A stretch of 64,000 nucleotides of DNA from Patellaria atrata CBS 101060. Its lineage: Eukaryota. The notes under the pieces are model-generated. The model was given only the letters and a program-made list of their open reading frames with translations. It searched no databases and was not told where the DNA came from. Positions 37,087-49,086 of the stretch are shown piece by piece. Position numbers and translations under genes: made by a program. The stretch spans positions 951,301-1,015,300 of the forward strand of contig MU006093.1 of assembly GCA_010093705.1 (NCBI GenBank), read 5' to 3'. Position 1 is the stretch's first letter, and every line of letters begins with the position of its first letter.

Positions 37087-38528
37087 ATGAGTACCGCTGT
37101 TGCTGCTCCACCGGTCTCCGCGCCGCTTGGTCCCCCGCCCATGGATAGTAATTCCAGAACATATGCCACTATCGCCCCCTCAACGAACCATCAAAATAAG
37201 AACGGAAGAACTGGTAGTAATCATTCTTCACCATCTTCCAGTGATAGTGTCGGGCAAAGGCAATCATCGGACGGTAAACGTTCGCCCAATTCGTAAGCTA
37301 CCCCATGCTCTTTCTAGGACATTGATACCTTCCCACCCTCTCTATGAATTGTCGGCTAATTCATTCTAGAACCAGAACTTCTCATGCACCAAAGATCATT
37401 GTGAAAAAAGAACCAACTTCACCAGAACTCCCCACTGCTCGTCACCGACCCCGCAAGTTAGATCTATCCGGGAACATGTCCACGAGTCAAGCTACTCTTA
37501 CTGCCCGACCCTCAGCCCCTCTTACAGGAAAGGAAAGTGCAGGTCTCGCTATGCACGACGTAGGCCTTGCATGCCTCTCCCCGGGCTTTCACACGCAGGA
37601 CCCTACCATGCGGGAACATCTTCAACGAAGTATTGATGTGAGGGAACGTCAGAGACAAATCATCGAAGCACGCCAGAAGGGAGTTCGGATTCCTGATGAG
37701 GGTTCAGATGGACCTAGGGTTGGTGCTTCCGAAGCAAACCCCTTCAGGAACGGACTGAAGACTCCTGGAACTTCACGAAGGAAGGGTCCTCCTCCAGGTC
37801 TGTCCATCAATGCTCCGTCAGCTTCACAGTTCGCCAACGAGCGTGTCATACAATCTGCACCCCTAAATCAATCTTTTACTGGACTTCAGCGACACCTGCA
37901 GCCACTTTCGCGCCAAGTCGTCAACCAACCTTCAAGCTTATCTCAGACATCTCACATACATCATGTTCCCGCTACACAGACCAGCAATCGCCTCCCACCC
38001 ATCTCCGACGTATTTGCGGCTGAATCCCTTGGTGCCAGCGCTTCGAATCACTCAATGCACCATGGTCACAGCAGTCCAGTACGCTCTTCGCACTCCAATT
38101 ATCCCCCACCACTACCCTCTCCAGGGTTCCCACCTCAATCATCGCACCAACACCCACCTCCTAGCCGTCCCCGGGAGTATAAGTCAGCTGAAGAGGCAGT
38201 CCAGTCAATGTCAGGTGGTAGGGAGGACCTGTTACCCAAAATTGTCCATTACGGAGGTCATCAACCACCCACACCTCCATCACCAATGCCAAAGTCGAGT
38301 TCGCACAATTTAACTGCAGGTCCCTCCGACCTCCATCGTAGTGGCAGTTCCAGAAGACGTGGTAGAGATGAGTATGAGAGGGACATGGGCACCCCACCGC
38401 TTGGCCGTGCAGCCGAACCGAGGAGAGGTCCATTTGGGGAAGGAAGGGACAGCCCCGACACTCAACAGAAGAAGAAGGAAGAGTTCATCACCCTTTGTTC
38501 GAGGGCATGGGACTTGTTCCATTCGTGA
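37087..38528 (+). CDS. Low-complexity regulatory protein (~454 aa) with MAPK docking-like motifs; candidate Dig1/Dig2-like protein
   Basis: Intron 37293..37369 joins the ORFs at 37087 and 37344; motifs RHRPRKLDL, RRKGPPPGLSI, IQSAP, multiple S/T-P sites and C-terminal KKEEFITLCSRAWDLFHS. The gene is solid; the function is inferred. Confidence 0.7.
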
Positions 38529-39322
38529 CACTTATATTACTATTACCCGACGTCTTCCAACGTTGTTGATATTTTTGGAGTTTCAGGTTGTTTGGGCGGC
38601 TATTTCAAACGTCTACTCGTCTTTATCGTTTCGCGGATTTAACGCTCTTATATCCCTAAAGATCACATTGAAGATTTACAATTTCTTGCTCTCGCTTTAT
38701 ATCAATCTCGATTTATCTTCTATCTTCTTTTCTTCATTCGTATTGTCTAAAAAGCTGGACTAATAGGGCGGTTCGATGCACGATATGGATGGGAATGGGC
38801 GCACGAGCACAATGATGTTTGATGTGTACCGGTCTATAACCCTATCGTCTTTTATTCCTATCATTCACAATTTAACCTTGTACGGCTGGGGCTTGGGGCC
38901 TGTTGGTGGTACCGGCGTTGAATAATGTTGTGGTGTTTCTCAGGTCGGCATTCGCTGTTTTCTCAGCGCAATTATGAGGTGGAAGGAAATTCACACCAAG
39001 GTGTACGAGGGGTGAGCCCTCCAGTAGATAGATTACGCTTAAGCGGCTGGGAAGAATTGAGAAATGTTTTGAATTGAGTTCTCAGTTCTTATCTTGAGTT
39101 GATGTCGTATCTGAGTTCATGATCGCCCTTTCCGCGATTTAGTTCCATCTCCAGTATCTGCCATCGTATGATCTGAGCACCATCTCCACAGATCCACAAG
39201 GCGAAATTCATGCTCTAAATAAAGCACCATTGAGGTTACGCCATCTTCCGATGCTGAAAGCTTATATCCCCACAGTACCCCTATCCCAACCCAGTTTCAG
39301 ATACATATCTTACCATCCCATT

Positions 39323-40033
39323 CTACTGCTCATCCCACTGTAAACCCGTATACCGCCCATCACTAACCCTATACTCCCTCAACGCACTTACACACTCCTC
39401 CGCGCTCAACGCCTCGACCAGAATGCCCCCATTACTCGGCGAGATGAACCCGCCACTTACCGCCGTGCGCACCCACTCCAACAAGCCCCCCCAGAAGCCC
39501 TCAACATTGAACACGACAACCCCCATCCCATGTATGCCCAGCTGGTTCCAAGTCGTGATCTCCATCAGCTCCTCCAGGGTGCCGTAACCGCCAGACAAAG
39601 CGATGAAGCCGCCGCCGGGCCCGCCCTCGATGACGGCTTTGGCCATCAGCGCCTTGCGCGTGTGCATGTCTTTCACGATTGTCGTCCGCCCGAACGTCGC
39701 CTCGTCTATCCCGTTTTGCTCTCGCTTTTGCAGCGCCGATGGGATGATGCCGCGTACGCTGTCGGGCCCGCTGAGGGAGACGAGGGTCCGAGCTACTTCG
39801 CCCATCATGCCGACGGTGCCGCCGCCGTAGACGAGGGTGATGTTCGCTTTGTGGAAGGCATGGGCGAGGGCGCGGGCGGCTTCGAGGTGGACGGGTGAGG
39901 TGCCCGGGGAGGAGCCGCAGCTGGAGGGGGGTTAGTGGGAGAGGGATGGAGGAAGGTGGGGAGCTTACAAGACGCAGACGACGGGACCTTTCTTGGCTGT
40001 TTCTTCGGTTGAGCTGGGGGTTGTAGAGGTCAT
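39323..40033 (-). CDS. LOG1: LOG-family nucleotide phosphoribohydrolase (lysine decarboxylase-like)
   Basis: VCVF|CGSSPG, LVYGGG, MHTRK, GGYGTLEE, TWNQLGIH; intron 39968..39921. Confidence 0.93.
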
Positions 40034-40491
40034 GTTGAGTATGGATGACATCCTATATGTGGTGGTTCTGGTTGGGGTATATAAGGTCGTTGCAAGAGTG
40101 GGATAGTGGTGGGATGTGGAGCTGGATAAGACCGCGGAGAAGATGGTGCAGCTTAGGGAGTAACCTTATAGCAGAGAGATTTAGGAGAGTTGAAAGTCTA
40201 GCGGATACTGTAGGTAACCGCCTGACCACATTATGTATTCGAGTATGACGGCCATTATCAACTGTGACTCGACTTGCATGCGTCGATGCATCATCGTTGT
40301 TGTACACAAAAACAATGCCAAGTGAATCCTCCGTCCAACATCTCGCCGAGAAAAGAGAAGAAACCATTAGATAGTCTGACACTTAGCTGTACAAGGAAAA
40401 GTAGCTCCCGGATTTCTGACGGGAAACTTTTTCAGAGTACTCCCACCACCCGCAGTATATTTCTAGAATCGATACTGCGAGTGTCTACACC

Positions 40492-42528
40492 ATGCCTGAG
40501 CAACAACAGCCCCAGGAGGAGCAAGCCTGGAGCTCCGGCGTAAGTTATCAGACCGCCAATTTGACTCACAATTGATAGCGAGCTATCTACTAACTATGCA
40601 TACAGTTCTTCAGGACCGCACTCCAGAGCGTAGGTATCTTCTTGCTCATCCAATTTGCCTCGAAGCAATTTTTCGGAGCTCCACAGAAACCCGCTCACGC
40701 AAACGTCCCTGGTGCTCCAGCGGCGGTAGTCGGGAAGAGCGGTCCTATTCCAGCTTTCTCTGCGAGACCGTCCAAGTTGAACGATGGAGCTCTTTATTCC
40801 GGTATACCGAATGACATCGCGCCGATATGGCCGCTCGACTCGCCGATCGACGTTAGCTTGTATATTTCGACCTCGGTGATCATGCCATCGTTGGCGAAGT
40901 TGCCGGCGGACTCGAAGGTACTGGAGGAGAAGAACTTCAAGATGGGAAATCATTCTGATTATAGGGTGGTTGAGAAGGAGATCAGGGTACCAAAGGAAGT
41001 TCAGAATAATGGAACACTGTTTGGGCATTATTACGTTGGCCTCACGGGAGCTACGCTGGATCCTTTGAGTCCTGTGTACGATGCGTCCAGAGCATACCAC
41101 TTCGTTCGGCCTATCACGCAATATCTTCCCAAGAAGAAGAAGGCGAAGAAGCATAACCTCCTCTCTGGACCGGAAGCGGAAGAAGAGGAGGAAGTGATAA
41201 CAGGTTTCGGAAACTACTACCACCCCAACTTCACTATATCCATGATCCCAGACTCCGGCGTTTTGAACTACCTTCAAGTTGCGCCAGCTGTTCGTCAGTT
41301 CGTTCAGCTCGAACCATCTGGCGCGAGAGATGCTTCGGGTAGGAACGCATGGTACTACCCGATCCTCTATGTGAACACCTTCTGGCAGCTCAAGGACCAT
41401 ATGACCGAGCTCAACCGTACCGTCGAAACCCTCCCGATCAAAGTCGACCTCAAGAACCTGCGCAACTGGCAATTCACTCTGATGTCCTCGATTGACGAGG
41501 GGGCCAAAGAAAACGCGCGTCGGGCCGCTCGCGGTGAAGCCGGGGTTAGCGGCGGTGACGGGTCTGAAATCGAGATGTTCAAGAGTATTCTGATTGACAG
41601 TAACATGTACCTCCTTGCTACTACGGCGGTTGTCAGTGTGCTCCACATGATCTTCGAAATGCTCGCCTTCAAAAACGACGTCTCGCACTGGCGTAAGAAG
41701 AAAGATAACGTGGGCACCTCCCTACGCACGATCCTAGCGAACGTCTTCATGCAGAGCGTCATCTTCCTCTACCTCCTCGACAACAACGAGAACACCTCGT
41801 GGATGATCCTGTTCGGGCAGGGTACCGGCATTGCCATCGAAGCTTGGAAAATCACCAAAACAGTCGACGTACGGATCAGACAGAATCCACCGGGCAGCTT
41901 GCTCCCTTATTCCATCAGGTTTGAAGACAAACATAAACTGTCTGATACTGAGAAGAAAACACAAGAATACGACGAGATCGCGTTCAAATACCTCTACATC
42001 GTCGCCGTGCCCCTGCTCCTCGCCTACGCCATCTACTCCCTGCTCTACGAGTCCCACAAGTCCTGGTACTCGTTCGTCATCGCCACCCTGGTCGGCTCCG
42101 TCTACGCCTACGGCTTCCTCATGATGGTCCCCTCCCTCTACATCAACTACAGACTTAAGAGCGTAGCGCACATGCCAGCGAAGGCGATGACGTATAAGTT
42201 CCTCAACACCTTCATCGACGATCTCTTCGCCTTCACGATCAAGATGCCCACACTGCACAGACTGGCGACGTTGAGGGACGACGTCATCTTTTTCGTGTAT
42301 TTGTATCAGAGCTATAAGTATAAGGTTGATTACTCCAGGGTCAATGAGTTCGGGCAGGGAGGCGACGATGAGGAGATGGAGGAGAAGGTGGCGAATAAAC
42401 CGCTTACCAGCCCGGCGGGTGGGGATGCGGGTGTTAAGGAGGGGGAGAAGGTTATTAAGGAGGCGAAGGAGGCGGTGCAGGCGTCTGGGAAGGGGATGAA
42501 GGGGGAGGCGAAGAAGAGGAGAGGATAG
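40492..42528 (+). CDS. CLPTM1-family ER membrane protein
   Basis: YYPILYVNTFWQL, LHMIFEMLAFKNDVSHW, GFLMMVPSLYINYRLKSVAHMP, YKFLNTFIDDLFAF.IKMP.LHRLA.LRDD, RVNEFG; exon 1 40492..40539, intron 40540..40605. Confidence 0.95.
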
Positions 42529-43579
42529 GGACTTGTGAGGCATGGCTGGTGCGGACATATGAGCATGATGTACATCAGCCGTGGGAGGGATATGGATATG
42601 CTGGAGGAGGTAATGTGTATATGCTTTTTATGTTGATATAGTAGGAAGATAGTAGAGATATTGCTACGAGGCATGCATGCATATAGATTGTTCCCTTCGA
42701 TTGTGTACAGTAACTCCCGACAGCAAAAAACAATCCAGTTCAATATCACGTAGCCCTCTGCTCTGTCCTCTTCCCTAGAGTGTCGGGATAATTTTTGCAG
42801 GTATAGAAACGGTGAGCACGCACCATACGCGAGGCAGAAACGATGCAGACCAATCCTACAACCAAATAACCGCAAAGACGAACACAGAGGGCCATATATG
42901 ATTACAGGGACTCTTAAGAGGTTGGACAGGTCCCCGAGGACGGAAATATGGCGTCTGAGAACACAGTGAAGGAGAGAGTAGATATTGGCCTACCACATTA
43001 AAAGGTGTTAAAGGTAAGGCAAGGATGATATCAGCCATAAAGGAAGGGGGGATTAGAATATGGGAATATCGATATAATTCGTTAAGCGTCCTACACGGGT
43101 GTACTGACAGTCCGCGGGTATCAGAAGGCCGTAAGAGGGAAGGCCATTGGGTGTGAACGGCAAGGGACATCGTTCTTCTCATGCGACGGGCACGGTGGGT
43201 CTGAAGTACATATTGAAGAGGCTGGATAGGGTAAACGAGGGGATAGGAAAGCCTAGGATCATTTTGGATCTCCGAACACTTTTCTAGACCCGATCCAATG
43301 CGTGTCTCTCAGTTTATCTCAGAGGAAAAATGAAATAGGTATGAAAAGAAGCAGTAGGGACAAGTAGTAGTATTTTAGTATTCAAAATACCCACTCGCTA
43401 TAGCTCTGATCTATTACAGAATATTGGTGTTTGCTGGTTATAAAGACCACCAGTCCAGAAAGGGAAAGATGGATATTTTACAGCAAAGTCTACCCAAACA
43501 TTGGGCGTCCCACGCGCATGTTATGATGCCCTGAAAGAAGAAAGAGAGTATACCTTAAGAGAAGATAGTCCCAACGTCT

Positions 43580-44963
43580 CTAATGCTTCGCAGTGACCTT
43601 GTCGCCAGTAAGTTTTTCGACAGCCTCTTTGGCACTGTAAGAAAGTTAGTAAACAGATACTCTGGAGATCTCTAAGTGGTCTTTCCATCCTTCCTCTCAA
43701 TCTCGAAATGAAAGAGATGGATATCTTAGGAAAAAGTAGGACTTACACGTCACCTAAAGCAACCATACAAATCGTTTGCCAAACGCCCAATCCTATCCTG
43801 GGGGTAACGCCTCTGTACAATCCCTTCAGTCCATTCTGCGAATAAATATACTTGAACGCCTTTCCGACCGTCATATTCTTAGGGCGATTCGGATCTTCCG
43901 TCTTACTCTGCATCTCGACGCGAACAACCTCGATTGGTTGATTCCATGCGCTGAGGCCACCACCAAGCGCAGATGCCGTGATTTTCTCCCAGACCGAGAG
44001 CTTCTCGCCGTGCTCCTTCCCTGTGACACGACGAATTCCGGTTTCGGCAATGCGAGAGAGACCGAAGCGAGAACCCCAGTTGGTGACCTGGCGCATAGCG
44101 ACGGCGTTAACGCCCCTGTTGATACCGCGGATTCCCTCGGCGCGGTAGATGTTCATGAAGGTCTCCATTGTTCCGGGAGGCTTCATGCCGGCCGCAGCAA
44201 CCTTGTGCTTCGTGATCTCGACCGTCTTCATGCAAGTGCAAAAGCCCATAGTTGCGTAGGCTTGGGCGAGACCGCCGACCATACCACCGGTGATACCGCC
44301 AACGAAGTTGTTGGCGCCAAAGCTGCGGGCGTAGTATTCGGCTTCTGAGGCTACGAAGAGAAGAACAGCCCCTTTTGTGGACGCTTCAATCCAGGCCTGG
44401 AAGTGGGGTTAGAGGGGGTTGAGGAGTTGGGGGAGGTTACTGACCCAGGGAATGAGACCTTGGTAGACTGTAGAGTAGATGTGTCAGAAGCTGTTTGTGA
44501 GGAATAGAGCCGCTGAGAGCAATTGGATGAGACTTACATCCCATAAAACGACCGCGACTCCAAATGCGTGAAATGGCGCCTGGCATGCCGTCCTTTCGGT
44601 TGGCAGCCATGGTGGTCTTGATAACCTCCAACGGCTGTGAGACCATTTGAGTCAGCTTATCTTCCGTAACGATAAAGATATCTCTTCGAGATTATTGCAT
44701 ACCTGCCCCAACGTCGTCACCCTATAGCAAGAATGTCAGCTTCACACAACTTATTGGCTATGGTTTGCGCTGAGATAGTACTTACTCAAACATGTTCAAG
44801 CCCGCACCAACTGACCCACAAATAAATATCAGCTTTCAACACCTTTCCATTATAGTTGTGATCCCTTTTGGTACTCACGCAGCAAGTTGCTAAACTTGAT
44901 CGGCTTCTTCTCGAGCTTCTGCGGCAGCACGGGGGCCACACCTGTTGTTGATGCTGCGGACAT
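43580..44963 (-). CDS. YHM2: Mitochondrial citrate/oxoglutarate carrier
   Basis: [87 protein letters not shown]; six introns (44878..44811, 44785..44722, 44702..44635, 44537..44468, 44444..44397, 43746..43635). Confidence 0.95.
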
Positions 44964-46111
44964 GATGGGGTTTCGTTCGCTGGAAAGGGGCCTGACCAAG
45001 GCAAGAGGGCGCTTCTTCGCAAATGAAGGCGTATGAGATTAGGAAGAAAGAGAGAGAAGAGGGAACAAGGCCCTGTTTATGATTGTAGAGTTATGGGTAA
45101 AGTGACGATGCTGGTAAGGTCTGGGATATGGCTCAGCGTAGAACTAAAAGAAATGGTTGGATAAGCTTGGACCTGTACCTAGTTTCTAGTTCTTAAGCTC
45201 AATACAACCGGCTTATCAGATGTCAAAAGAATAGTACAAGTAACTGATTGATACTCTGAAATGTGAAAATTTCAAAAAGAGAATTCAAGTTCACGATAAG
45301 GTAGAGACATCAAAATATAACGAACGATACTTAGGGAACTGTCCCTTCCAAAAATCCCTTTTGGGCAGGAGATACTCTTGGGCGGTGGGCAATCGCTCTT
45401 TCTCCCGTGCACAAGCCCACAGGCACAACGGGAAAGCACAAACCCTCACAACCCTTACCCAGGAAAGGACCCCTTGAACCTTGGTCTCCCAAAAGTTTCA
45501 ACTTTTTTGTGTTTGTTGAACGGCTCCAACGGGCGACGGCTCCCCATAACTTCGCACTGCTCCACCACCGGCTTGACCCCTAGCTCAACAAGAAGTTAAG
45601 AACAGCCATGTTCCCTTTTAGGATGCATACCTAGCCTTTAATCCCGTATCGACTGCGGCCACTACTGCTGTAGAACTACAATAATAGAATTATCCGAGAT
45701 GCATCGTTGCTGTCATCGTACTTTTGCCTACCCGTATTGGCTCGGGCCGATTATCGGGTTGCGATTGTCGGACGGCGACGATTAGGTCAAGCTTTAATTA
45801 GAGAATAACCATATTGCATCATAAGAGTGTACTTTTTGGAATTGTAATCGAATCTGTTTGCTTCCCACATCACTGCTCCCGAATTCGCCCGTAAACGAAC
45901 TCGATGATAACTCATAGTACACATTCTGCATAATACCACTTAAACAAATGGGTAAAGAGAGCAGAAGATTTGCAACAGACAGACCGCCTAACGCTCACTT
46001 CTCCCAACTTCCAACTCAATTCCCAGCCTAAATGTACATCGGAGTCTGCGCTCCCCTCCGCTCACTCGACGTCATCTAATTCGTTTTGTCTAGTTAGGTT
46101 GTTGGTATCAA

Positions 46112-47769
46112 TTACAAAGTGACACCGACGAGCTTGGCGTAAGCTTCAGTGCTGAATGACTTGGGTCTCTCGATAGGAGCTCCAACGGCGCGGTCGATGA
46201 TGAGTTGAGGAAGAACACCGAGAGCGCGGGAGACACCGAAGAGGACGGTATAGTAGTTTTGTTCTGTGAGACCGTAGTATTGGAGGAGGACACCAGAGTG
46301 CTATCATAAAGTTAGTCGGCAGCAAGGTGAAGATAAAATACATATCACTTACAGCATCAACGTTGGGGTATGGGTTCTTGGTCTTTCCGTGCTCAGTAAG
46401 GACTCCTGGCGCGATCTTGTAGACCTGGCTAACGAGTTTGAACATCGGGTCATCAGGAAGCTTACGCTGCGCAAACTCGCGTTGCGAGACGTAGCGAGGA
46501 TCAGTCTTCCTGAGCACTGCGTGACCGTAACCTGGGACAACCTGACCGGCCTTGAGGGTCGACCAGAGATAGTCCTTGATAGCTTGGTCGCTCAGATCGT
46601 TACCAATGGCCTTCTTCATCTTCTGCAGCCAGACGAGCACCTCTTGGTTGGCCCTGTTGCTGGTCAGTATAACCCCTAGAAATTCGTTAGGAATTACTCA
46701 CAATCCGTGTAGAGGTCCAGCAAGACCGTTGAGACCGGCAGCCAAGGACAGATATGGAGAACTCAAAGCACTACCGACAAGGTGGGTTGTGTGTGCGCTA
46801 ACATTTCCACCTTCGTGATCAGTGTGGATTGTAAGGTACAATCTCATCAATTCAACGAAGTCATTGTTCTCAGAGAAACCAAGTTGGTTGGCCAAATTCC
46901 AGGAGTAGTCCTTGTCCTTTTCAACAGCCGGAACTTTGCCATCCTTATATATGTTGCGGTAGACTCTGGCAGCAATCGTTGGAAGCTTGGCAATCAAATC
47001 CATAGAATCCTCAAAAGTATATTGCCAGTAGTCCTTCTTGTTGATACCCTTAGCATACGCCTTGGCGAAAGAAGATTCATGCTCGAGTGCGGTGACCGCT
47101 AGAGAGAATTGAGCCATAGGGTGCAAGTCATTCGGGCAGCGGTCAATAAGCTCCTCAACGAACTTGGGAACATCGGAACGGGCAGCCCATTCAGCAGAAA
47201 GATCACGGACTTGTTGTTCCGATGGGACTTCACCAGTGAGAAGCAACCAGAAGAGGCCTTCTGGCAAAGGCTCCTCACCTCCGGGAGCCTTGGGTAATAG
47301 CTTCTGGCACTCTGGGATGGTCTTTCCGCGGAATCGAATACCTTCTTCAGAATCCAGAACGGATCCTTCCCATACTAATGACTTGATGCCACGAGCACCA
47401 CCATAGACTTGGTCAAGAGTGACCTCGCCGACGACTTTGCTACCAGCCTCCCTATTATTGACCACATCGTCAGTCGTATGCTAGGCGGAGTACTAATTTT
47501 TTTTTATCTCTTACTTTCTGAGCTTCTTAATCTTTTCGATCTCACCGGGAAGCTTTGCAGCAAAGGTCTCTTTCAATGACTAGAAATGTAAATATTAGAA
47601 AGAGTTCGCCTTGTTGTTTGATACGGTTGCATTGCGTCGTGCTTACAGTTGTCTTTCCCGAAGAATAGCTCCGCAGCCCATTGAACGCCGCAGTTCTTAA
47701 TGGTGAAGCCTTCGAGGCATTGAGAGAGGTGCGAAGGGCAGCAGAGCTAACCCTTAATGATGTAGCCAT
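46112..47769 (-). CDS. CIT1: Mitochondrial citrate synthase
   Basis: Arg/Ser-rich presequence; [59 protein letters not shown]; introns 47646..47580, 47514..47452, 46701..46654 and 46352..46301. Confidence 0.98.
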
Positions 47770-49086
47770 GGTCCAGGCAATTGAAATGAAGGAATATGAG
47801 GAAATTCGGAAAGAATTATAGATGGAGGGAAGATGAAAGCTGTCAAGAGATAAAGGTGCAGATGATGCAGAAAAGAATTGAGGGAGCTTTTGCGCTTTTG
47901 CTGGGTTCTCGGAGATGGGGCACTTGGGCAACCGAGCGTCATCAACATCTCAACCTGTCCGAAAATGGAATAGTGCTCTTCGGGCCCAATCGTTGTGCTC
48001 AGAATTTAAACATCTTGCATAGTTTGTGCGTAGGGCTTGTACTTGTAGAGTATACTTGCATTAATTCTATAACTATTTTCTTTACTTCACAGCTGCGGGG
48101 CCTTGTCTCGGACATTGAAAATATAGCTGTATACAGTAGAATTTGAATGGTGATGTCCGATCCAGACGGCACCTCTCCGTTTCACCGCATGAACCGATAA
48201 CCACAAAGTATTCTAATCTTCCGACCTTTCCAGATTCCACTCTGGCACCCTCATCCCTACCCACCCACTCCGTACACCCGCGTACTGTACTGTATGCTTT
48301 CATAGCTTCTTCTCATGGGTCAGGCGGAATTCCGAAGACTAGATTTCCGGGTCCAATTACCATATTTGGCGCATTTTCTCAACCTTATATCTATCTAGAT
48401 TAATGTGTTGGACGTTCAACACAAAACAACAGCTTCCCGGAAGTTGAGTTGTAAGGTTCACAAGCGTCCTTGAGGTTAGACGTTTGAGGTCCGTCACGTG
48501 CGTAAAGATCACGTGTATCCCCCAAGAGGGTCGAGCTTTCACTTTCCGTGTCCGTTGGCCTTTCCGCTTTGTCTTCGCGCTCGAATCTCGATGAAACGGC
48601 GACTCGAGGAAACTTCAAACAATCAAAAGGTCATCCCCCTGAGTCCTCAAATAGACTCTTCAGTAAAGAACCTCTGTCGCTTTCCATCACCTCTTCTTCT
48701 TCAACAGTTTTTATCGCTTTCCAGACCTGCGTAAGTAAACGCTTCGATAGAACACTTTCAGCTGCGCCAGACGTGACCTCCTTTGGCGTTTGTCGCTCGA
48801 CTTAATCTCCAGTGTCACAATCACCTTGAGTAGTGAACCCCAAATCTCACAAAAGGCCTTCTTCAATTCTTGTCGCCACGCCTTTCGAATTCTTTGATCA
48901 GCGTCGTAGCTTGACCTTTCGGTTCCCGCAACCTGCGTGGCTAGAACTCCAGCTTTCTGTAGCATCGCGACTCTTACTTTGGACTTATCCATCATCGTGC
49001 TGTTTAGTATAAGGACACATTCGTAAAACCTAACCCATCGCCGCTTGAGAGATAGCAATTAGGTCGTGGAGGAGTAAGAACCTAAT

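Noticed and set aside
40594..41688. 364-aa antisense ORF (and 41734..42558)
   Set aside because: Shadow of CLPTM1 caused by biased codon usage; no recognisable motifs.
42330..43182. Minus-strand ORFs between CLPTM1 and YHM2
   Set aside because: No consistent spliced frame or motifs; partly antisense to CLPTM1.
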